64,000 bases of DNA from Bdellovibrionales bacterium (GTDB taxonomy: Bacteria; Pseudomonadota; Alphaproteobacteria; JAIXQD01): contig JBFWRI010000008.1 in the NCBI GenBank assembly GCA_050248995.1, forward strand, positions 3,214 through 67,213. Reading direction: 5' to 3'. Every line of letters starts with the position of its first letter. Within the stretch, counting starts at the first letter, position 1. The notes under the pieces were generated by a model that worked only from the letters and a program-made list of their open reading frames with translations, was not told where the DNA came from and did not search any database. Of this stretch, positions 57,611 to 64,000 are shown one piece after another. The translations under genes were made by a program, and so were the position numbers.

Positions 57611-57695
57611 AGAAAGAATTCCTTGTGTTCGTTGGATATGTTTAAGACAGGAACGCGATTTAGCCGATTTTGACGCCCAAGGTCAAGCGTAGCGA

Positions 57696-58526
57696 TTATG
57701 ACTGTTTGACTGGGCAGAAATACGATGACCTGCCGCCCTGAACGATTTTTTTGACCTGCTTTTTGCCCCGGCAGGTGCAGCCCGGGCAGGGCTGGTTTTC
57801 GCGGTCATAAACAGCAAAACGATCCTGAAAATATCCAAGTTCTCCATTGGCTTGCACATAATTGCGCATGCTGGTTCCCCCAGCCTTCAGGGCAGCGTTC
57901 AGGACCTTTTTAATGGCGGGCACAAGCTTCTTTATTTCGGTGCGTGTGATTTTCCCACCTGGCCGTGTCGGGCGGATGCCGGCGTGGAATAACGCTTCCG
58001 AGACGTAAATGTTGCCCAACCCGGCTACGACTCGTTGGTCAAGCAGCAGGTTTTTGATTGGCGCCTTTTTACCCGCCAAGGTTGTAAGCATGTGCTCGAC
58101 AGTCAGTCCGCCCAAAGGTTCGGGACCGATCGCGCGCAGCAGTTTGTGCGTGCCGTGCGCAGTGATCGGCATCAGGTCCATCACACCGAAGCGGCGCGGG
58201 TCGTTGAACGCAATGCGTTTGTTGTTGTCGAGCGTGAAGATAATATGGTCGTGTTTCTCGGGCTCGGCTTTTGCACTCACCTGTGTCATGCGGCCCGACA
58301 TGCCAAGATGGACCAGCAGCGTTTCGCCGCTATCAAGGTTCAGCAGGATGTACTTGGCGCGTCGGGTGATTGATAGGATGCGCGTGCCTGCCAGCCGCGC
58401 GGCGAATTTCGGCGGCAATGGAAAGCGCAGCTTTTTGGTGCGGACATCCACCGCTTTCAGGCGGCGCCCTTCCATTAGCGTGCGCAGGCCGCGGATTGTG
58501 GTTTCAACTTCGGGGAGTTCGGGCAT
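57696..58526 (-). CDS. mutM: formamidopyrimidine-DNA glycosylase
   Basis: Canonical N-terminus MPELPEVE at ATG 58526; H2TH region; C-terminal zinc-finger-like CPGCTC ... FCP. The upstream ORF extension to 58841 is rejected. Confidence 0.9.
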   Translation of the reverse strand: MPELPEVETTIRGLRTLMEGRRLKAVDVRTKKLRFPLPPKFAARLAGTRILSITRRAKYILLNLDSGETLLVHLGMSGRMTQVSAKAEPEKHDHIIFTLDNNKRIAFNDPRRFGVMDLMPITAHGTHKLLRAIGPEPLGGLTVEHMLTTLAGKKAPIKNLLLDQRVVAGLGNIYVSEALFHAGIRPTRPGGKITRTEIKKLVPAIKKVLNAALKAGGTSMRNYVQANGELGYFQDRFAVYDRENQPCPGCTCRGKKQVKKIVQGGRSSYFCPVKQS

Positions 58527-58532
58527 AGACGA

Positions 58533-59990
58533 GTGATAGCCAATTTGGTACAAAAGTTCATGCAAAAAAGGGCACTCGATCAGGTGGTTCTGGAGCTGCT
58601 GGCGGTGGCCGAAAGCGGCGATAAAGGCCGCCAGAACGAGCTGTTTGCCGCCCTGAAGGCCGAATGCCCGGGGGCAGACCTGCCAAGCCTGATCGGGCTG
58701 GTGGCCGGGGCCCTGACCGAAAACGAAATCGACCTCAAAGCCGCGCTGGATGCCAAGCCGCAGCAGGATGCCGTCTTCCATCTGGCCCGTATGGTTTACC
58801 TGAGCCGTGCCCGTGTGGATCCGGCGGCGCGCGCCGCCCACGCTGCAGTGATTACAGATGATCTAAGGGCCGCCGCGACAGGAAGCCCCGACCTTCTGCT
58901 GGCGAAATTCCGTTACCTGCACCAGCGCATCACGCTGGGTGGCTGGGATGAAACCATGACGCCGCTGCTGGGTGATATACTGCAGTTCCCGCTGTCGCCG
59001 CGCGATGTGGAAACGCTGGGCGTAATCCTGTTCGGCGGCGGCGCCCTGCCGCAGGCGACCAAGTTGCTTAGCGAAGCGCTGCAGGCCGTGACCGGCAATG
59101 ACAGCCGGCAGGTGCTGGGTTTTACACTGGTCACGGCGCTGATGGCGGCAGGTATGGCTCCGGCAGCCCAGCAATTACAGGCTTTATTGCCGCAACCGGC
59201 CCCGCTGCCCTGGGCGCAGCCTTTGCCGGCCGATACTTATACGGGCCCGGCAGCGACGGTTGTGGTTACAACGCATATCAGCCCGAATCTTGTATATTAT
59301 AAAGACAGCGCGCCGCCGTCCGACCTGATGATCCGCACGACACTGGAAAGCTTTTACGGGCAGTTGCAGGGGCCGAAAGATTGGCCGGTGCTGATTTACT
59401 TTGATGAGCCGCGTGACCCGGCGCTGAAAGAACAGGCCGATGCGTACCGCGCGAAGCTGGAGCAGGTGGCTAAAGACTATAATGCGACGCTATTGTGCCG
59501 CCCGGGTCTTGGCCTGCGCCAAAACCTTTTGGACGCACTGGGGCGCATTGCCACGCCGTATTACTTCTTCCTGGAACACGACTGGACATTTGCCGACCAT
59601 GCGCCGCCGGTGATTGATTTGCTGATGGTGCTGGAAGCGCACCACGACCTGCACGCCCTGCGTTACAACTACAACTATAACCTGCTGACCCGGCATGACC
59701 CGGTGCTGATGCCTGTGCCGTCAACGCTGCCGCTGCTGGCCAGCGCCCATTATTGCAACCACCCCGGCCTGATCCGTACGGCCAAAATGAAGCGCGACTG
59801 GCTGCCGCTGCTGGCCGATACGCAATACGACGCCCACAACGGGGGCGCCGGCGGGGTGGAAGAAACCATTTATGCGGCAACGCTGAAGATTATCGAACAG
59901 CACGGTCTATTGCCGGCCATTGCTGCCATGGGTTGCGCCGTAATCGGCCAGCCGGGCGACTTGCCACGCGCCCTGCATTGGGGGATATAA
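58533..59990 (+). CDS. hypothetical protein; C-terminal half looks like a GT-A-fold glycosyltransferase (tentative)
   Basis: ORF opens at GTG 58533; first ATG is 58560. C-terminal VVVTTHISPN ... YYFFLEHDW resembles nucleotide-sugar transferase folds. No firm family. Confidence 0.5.
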   Translation: MIANLVQKFMQKRALDQVVLELLAVAESGDKGRQNELFAALKAECPGADLPSLIGLVAGALTENEIDLKAALDAKPQQDAVFHLARMVYLSRARVDPAARAAHAAVITDDLRAAATGSPDLLLAKFRYLHQRITLGGWDETMTPLLGDILQFPLSPRDVETLGVILFGGGALPQATKLLSEALQAVTGNDSRQVLGFTLVTALMAAGMAPAAQQLQALLPQPAPLPWAQPLPADTYTGPAATVVVTTHISPNLVYYKDSAPPSDLMIRTTLESFYGQLQGPKDWPVLIYFDEPRDPALKEQADAYRAKLEQVAKDYNATLLCRPGLGLRQNLLDALGRIATPYYFFLEHDWTFADHAPPVIDLLMVLEAHHDLHALRYNYNYNLLTRHDPVLMPVPSTLPLLASAHYCNHPGLIRTAKMKRDWLPLLADTQYDAHNGGAGGVEETIYAATLKIIEQHGLLPAIAAMGCAVIGQPGDLPRALHWGI

Positions 59991-59995
59991 GGGAT

Positions 59996-60658
59996 ATGGA
60001 AAAGCACATCATTCTGTACTCGCATGGCTTCGGGGTTGATAAGACCGACCGCGGACTGTTTACCGATATTGCAGCTGCACTGCCCAATGCTGAACATGTG
60101 ATGTTCGATTACAATGATGTCGATACCAAAACCCGCAATATGACGATTAACCCACTGTCAGCTCAGGCGGTTAATTTGCAACGCCGTTATGATGATGTGG
60201 CTGCTCAAAATCCCGGCGCTGTGATTGACCTTGTTTGCCATTCGCAGGGATGCGTGGCCGCAGCCAAAGCTAATCTGAACGGCGTGCGCCGTATGGTTTT
60301 TCTGACTGCGCCTTCTGTTCTGAGCGTGAAGGACATGGTGGATCGCTTTGGCAGCAAGGCCGGGTCGTCGATTGACCTGAACGGCATGTCGCAACTGGCC
60401 CGTGCTGACGGTACCACAACATATGTGCCACCGATTTACTGGCAGGAACTGGATGCGCTTGAGCCGATTAAGGACTACACGGTTATAGCTCCAAAGAACG
60501 ACCTGACGATTATTCAGGCTGAAGAAGATCATGTGTTGGGCCGCGTTGAGTTAACCGGCGTACCGGCCAAGGTAAGCTTTATGCCGGGCGATCATAACTT
60601 TGATGGCGCCGCACGCCCTGCATTGGTGCAACGCGTGGCCGAGGTGCTACGTGTCTAA
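59996..60658 (+). CDS. alpha/beta hydrolase (220 aa)
   Basis: MEKHIILYSHGFG ... nucleophile elbow VCHSQGC. ATG 59996 lies just after the preceding stop. Confidence 0.65.
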   Translation: MEKHIILYSHGFGVDKTDRGLFTDIAAALPNAEHVMFDYNDVDTKTRNMTINPLSAQAVNLQRRYDDVAAQNPGAVIDLVCHSQGCVAAAKANLNGVRRMVFLTAPSVLSVKDMVDRFGSKAGSSIDLNGMSQLARADGTTTYVPPIYWQELDALEPIKDYTVIAPKNDLTIIQAEEDHVLGRVELTGVPAKVSFMPGDHNFDGAARPALVQRVAEVLRV

Positions 60659-61400
60659 TCCCGAAGAAAACTGGTTTGGATATGCGAAAGCTGCTGGAGC
60701 AGGCGATAAAACACGCCGTGTAAAAGCCGTCTTTGAAAGCGTGGCTGACAACTATGACATTATGAACGACCTGATGTCACTGGGCATGCACCGCCTGTGG
60801 AAGCGGACGTTTGTGCGCCATGTGGCCCCGGTGGATGGTGAAAAGATTCTGGATGTTGCAGGCGGCACCGGCGATATTGCCTTCCTGATGAAGAAGCGCG
60901 CACCGAAGGCCGCCATTACGGTGTGCGATATCAACCCCGAGATGCTGCGCGTTGGTAAGAACCGCGCGATTGATAAAGGGTTTGTCGATGCCTTTAAATG
61001 GGTTGAAGGTAATGCGGAATCGCTGCCGTTCCCGGCGCGCCAGTTCGATGTGCTGACGATTGCCTTTGGCTTGCGCAACGTGGCGCGCATCGATGATGCG
61101 CTGGCCGACTTTGCCCGCGTGCTGAAGCCGGGCGGGCGCTTCCTATGTCTTGAGTTCGCGCCGGTTGATAAGCCAGTGCTAAAAGAAGCGTATGACGCAT
61201 ATTCATTCACGCTGCTGCCGTTCCTTGGTCGCGTGGTGGCGAACGACGCAGACTCGTATCAGTATCTGGCTGAAAGCATTCGCAAGTTCCCGAAGCCGGA
61301 AGCGCTGGCCAAGCGTATTGCGGCGGCTGGCTTTGTATCGGTTACACACACGGGGCTGGCGGGTGGTATCGTGAATATCCACGAAGGGATCCGCGTATGA
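60651..61400 (+). CDS. ubiE: demethylmenaquinone/ubiquinone C-methyltransferase
   Basis: VFESVADNYDIMNDLMSLGMHRLWKR and SAM motif LDVAGGTGD. GTG 60651 overlaps the preceding stop by 8 nt. Confidence 0.9.
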   Translation: MSNPEENWFGYAKAAGAGDKTRRVKAVFESVADNYDIMNDLMSLGMHRLWKRTFVRHVAPVDGEKILDVAGGTGDIAFLMKKRAPKAAITVCDINPEMLRVGKNRAIDKGFVDAFKWVEGNAESLPFPARQFDVLTIAFGLRNVARIDDALADFARVLKPGGRFLCLEFAPVDKPVLKEAYDAYSFTLLPFLGRVVANDADSYQYLAESIRKFPKPEALAKRIAAAGFVSVTHTGLAGGIVNIHEGIRV

Positions 61401-62221
61401 GCGTGCGGGACATCCTGCAGAAGTATGCGGCCGAAGGGCCCAAGCGCGCCACGTATTTCCTCGATTTAAAAGGCAAAGCACCGGAGTTCGGTCATCTGGC
61501 GGACGAGCCGATGCCTTGCGCCAGTGTGATAAAGCTGGCGGTGGCCATGGCATTATATAAAAGCGGACAAGACCTGAGCCAGCGCGTGCCGATCGCCTCA
61601 CTGAACCAATCGTTGTATTGTTCGCTGTTCGAAGTGTTCGAACACACCAAGGACGTTAGCCTTGGCGAGCTTGCCAATATCATGCTGATCATCAGCGACA
61701 ACCCGGCCACGACAGAAATTACCAAACGTGTCGGCATGGACAATGTAAACAAGCTGATGCGCAATCTGGGCTGCAGTAAGCACGCCATGATGGCAATGGA
61801 CTTTAGTGACCGTGACGAGACAGCAGATTGGCGCAGCAATATTTTAACGGCGCGTGACTGTGGCATCCTGCTGCGCGAGATTGCAACCAATCCAGTCTAC
61901 AAGCGTCTGCGTCATTTGCTGGTGCACAGCCTGCGCAACAACCGTTTGGCCGCGAAACTGCCCGAGCAGGTGCAAATAGCACACAAAACAGGCACGATTT
62001 CCGGCATGGCGAATGACGCTGCCCTGGTTACCGAAGGGCCGCCTGCAACCAGCCCTGTAGAATACATTCTGGTCTGCCTGTGGGCTGACGAGGTCCCTAA
62101 CAGCGTTAATAATGCACAGGGAGAGCTAGGCTTAGCAGTGCATAAGGCCATGATGGAAGGCCATCCCCATGCTGCACCGCAGCATCGTATTTGGTTGCAT
62201 GAATCGGCTGTAGGCTCTTAG
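61397..62221 (+). CDS. class A beta-lactamase-related serine hydrolase
   Basis: S-x-x-K (ASVIK), SDN (IISDNPA) and KTG (HKTGT) motifs in the canonical order; ATGA overlap with ubiE. Confidence 0.7.
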   Translation: MSVRDILQKYAAEGPKRATYFLDLKGKAPEFGHLADEPMPCASVIKLAVAMALYKSGQDLSQRVPIASLNQSLYCSLFEVFEHTKDVSLGELANIMLIISDNPATTEITKRVGMDNVNKLMRNLGCSKHAMMAMDFSDRDETADWRSNILTARDCGILLREIATNPVYKRLRHLLVHSLRNNRLAAKLPEQVQIAHKTGTISGMANDAALVTEGPPATSPVEYILVCLWADEVPNSVNNAQGELGLAVHKAMMEGHPHAAPQHRIWLHESAVGS

Positions 62222-62248
62222 GTAGAGCCCATAGTTCGAGGGGAATTC

Positions 62249-63460
62249 ATGCAGCAAAGGCTGCGCGCAAACAGTAAAGACCAGAAGCACGTCGTGTTCA
62301 GCAGCGGGGGTGGATTCTTCTGCGCATTCGGCGGTGGCCTGCAGGAAGCTGCGGCGTACGGTGATGAAAAGTGCCCCGACGTTTATGTTGTTTACAGCGG
62401 CGGCCTGATCAACGCACTGGCGCGCGCGGCGGCTGAAGACCATATCACCGACCTGGCTGATGCGCGCGGTGCGCCTTTAAGCAATAAAGAGCGCGGCGAT
62501 ATCATCCATAAAATCCAGGTTTATGTGTGGGACAAGATCGAGAAAGATTTTGGCCCGCGCCGCAGCGTTGTCGGCAAAGTCAGCCAAGCGGTGCTTGAGC
62601 AGATGGTCATGCATGGCTCTTACTCTTCGCTGCTCTTTGCCAAGAATGAAGCGATTAGCAAGCAAATCGGCCGGAACGCCGTCGAGCAGTTTAAGCAGAT
62701 GCTGGATCCATGGATGCCATTTGGCGTTCGTGCGGCTGATCCATGGATCAGGGCAGCACAAGACGTTGCTACAGAAAACCATTTTTGGGCCACTTACCTG
62801 CGCAACATGTTTGCCGAGATTGATATTGATATCGACAAGGTGATTGCCAACCCGAAGGTGCCCCGCATCATCGCCGTGGCGCATGACTACATCACCGACA
62901 AACCGGTTTACCTTGATACGCGCCCGGCAAAGGGCGAGCCTGCCACGCTGGGCCAGCTGGTGGCGACCATGAGCATCCCGAACCCGACCGGTATGATCCA
63001 GCCGGTGATGAACCGTCTTGTTGACGGCGGCATCACAGGATTTAACGGCGACAGTTTCGAAGTGATGCTGCGCCTGATGCGCGAAGACCCAGCTTATGGC
63101 GACGCCAAGGTGACATTCGTGAACCTTGGCAAGGCCGACATTTGCACCGAAGAGCAGATGTTGAGCCTGAACCCGAATTACCTGAAGAACCAGGCGCGCG
63201 CCCGTATTTCAAAAGACATAATCCAGAAGATGTTCGCTTACCGTGAACTGCATATGGATCGCACCGGCGAATGGAAGAGCGGCAAGGATAAGTTCGTGCC
63301 GCGCGAAGGCGTGATCGCCAAGCTGCGTGAGCAAGGCCGCGAGCATTATCGCATCAATCATAAGTGGCGTGGCCCCAGCCCAAGCATGAAGGGCCTATCG
63401 ATCGACGATAAAATCATGATGCTGAGCAACGGCCTGAATGGCGTGCCCGTACCCGTTTAA
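62249..63460 (+). CDS. hypothetical protein, possibly patatin-like with a degenerate nucleophile elbow
   Basis: Gly-rich FSSGGGFF, then VYSGG about 35 aa later, and a distal LVDGG. The order matches patatin motifs, but the first Gly of G-x-S-x-G is missing. Confidence 0.35.
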   Translation: MQQRLRANSKDQKHVVFSSGGGFFCAFGGGLQEAAAYGDEKCPDVYVVYSGGLINALARAAAEDHITDLADARGAPLSNKERGDIIHKIQVYVWDKIEKDFGPRRSVVGKVSQAVLEQMVMHGSYSSLLFAKNEAISKQIGRNAVEQFKQMLDPWMPFGVRAADPWIRAAQDVATENHFWATYLRNMFAEIDIDIDKVIANPKVPRIIAVAHDYITDKPVYLDTRPAKGEPATLGQLVATMSIPNPTGMIQPVMNRLVDGGITGFNGDSFEVMLRLMREDPAYGDAKVTFVNLGKADICTEEQMLSLNPNYLKNQARARISKDIIQKMFAYRELHMDRTGEWKSGKDKFVPREGVIAKLREQGREHYRINHKWRGPSPSMKGLSIDDKIMMLSNGLNGVPVPV

Positions 63461-63472
63461 CGCCCTGCGGCT

Positions 63473-64000
63473 TTAATATCCCGAAGCAATCCGTTCAACC
63501 AGCTGGCGCACCGTCGGCACGAAGCCGTTGGCATACCAGGGATCGCTGCCAAAGCGATAGGCATTATGGCCGCTGAACATCAGCTGGTTATCAACCTCAT
63601 TGCTGTGGCTGATTTTCTGCAAGGTCTTCTGGATGCAGAAGCTGCGCGGATCGGGCGTGCGGCCGGTGGTGTTCTTCACATCATCGTGCTGCGACCAGTT
63701 GCTGAACTGGCAGGCCGACAGGCAGCCCATGCAGGCAATCTGGTCGGCGCGCACTTCGGCGGCTTTCTCGGGTGTTTCAAACACAAAGGTCTGGTCGGGC
63801 GTGCGCAGTGCTTCGGTGAAGCCTTGCGCCAACCATGCCTCGGCGCGGTGCTTGTCTTCGGTGGCCACATAAATCGTGCGGCCAGCGCGGTTGCCCTTGG
63901 CGCCGATTTCCATCGGCGTATCCAGCTCGCCCACCGGCTCCAGCGAATAGGGGATCTGGCGCTCTGAACGTGCGCGCAGGCCCTTGATGAACGGGTTGTT
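63473..64000 (-). CDS. nitronate monooxygenase / NAD(P)H-dependent flavin oxidoreductase family, C-terminal part (gene start lies right of the window)
   Basis: Frame stays open to nt 64000. The C-terminal segment CMGCLSACQFSNW ... FCIQKTL ... MFSGHNAYRF resembles long NMO-family proteins as I recall them. Confidence 0.45.
   Translation of the reverse strand, partial: NNPFIKGLRARSERQIPYSLEPVGELDTPMEIGAKGNRAGRTIYVATEDKHRAEAWLAQGFTEALRTPDQTFVFETPEKAAEVRADQIACMGCLSACQFSNWSQHDDVKNTTGRTPDPRSFCIQKTLQKISHSNEVDNQLMFSGHNAYRFGSDPWYANGFVPTVRQLVERIASGY

Noticed and set aside
58527-58841. N-terminal ORF extensions: mutM to 58841, mutY from 16036, the DsbA-like gene to 15843, and the hypothetical gene to 21466
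   Set aside because: In each case a canonical family N-terminus (MPELPEVE, MSLSAPLLKWY) or a signal peptide with an SD lies at an internal ATG. The extension would also overlap the neighbouring divergent gene.

Overview
GC-rich 64-kb chromosomal segment with an alphaproteobacterial gene signature: rpsT-dnaA-dnaN-recF-gyrB, DUF721/DciA beside mutY, FlaF/FlbT flagellin regulators, and NrdR, DnaA and GANTC sites. Housekeeping content: a thiolase / FadN-like dehydrogenase-hydratase / large acyl-CoA dehydrogenase operon plus ETF-ubiquinone oxidoreductase, smc, a DsbA-like oxidoreductase, mutY, rnhB, family-4 UDG, class I RNR nrdAB, chorismate mutase, a GNAT, apaG, a small flagellin module (FlaG-like, flagellin, flbT, flaF, TPR-glycosyltransferase), the replication cluster, rpsT, mutM and ubiE. 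Unexplained content falls in three places. (1) 23.1-35.1 kb: two paralogous outer-membrane beta-barrels diverge from an array of five secreted Cys-rich paralogues. These share a ~125-aa N-terminal module but have different C-terminal domains, one of them an integrin-beta-like VWA domain. Four of the five are preceded by the same ~80-100-nt promoter/leader box. This is my best candidate for an undescribed system. (2) 6.9-11.4 kb: three tandem cytoplasmic paralogues of unknown family, an orphan 518-aa protein and an AT-rich small ORF. (3) Six diverged orphan family-3 solute-binding-protein paralogues with no permease or ATPase in the window. Three of them are wedged, with start/stop overlaps or gaps of a few nt, into DNA replication/repair operons (UDG-SBP-rnhB, dnaN-SBP-recF, gyrB-SBP-SBP). 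Other observations: a ~120-nt palindromic repeat immediately 3' of two redox-linked genes (acyl-CoA dehydrogenase and ETF-QO), tandem NrdR boxes plus inverted DnaA boxes upstream of nrdAB, and a DnaA-box/GANTC cluster at 40.6 kb. I recognised no rRNA, tRNA, CRISPR, transposase, integrase or prophage genes. All calls rest on reading the translations and the sequence by eye; no database search was run.
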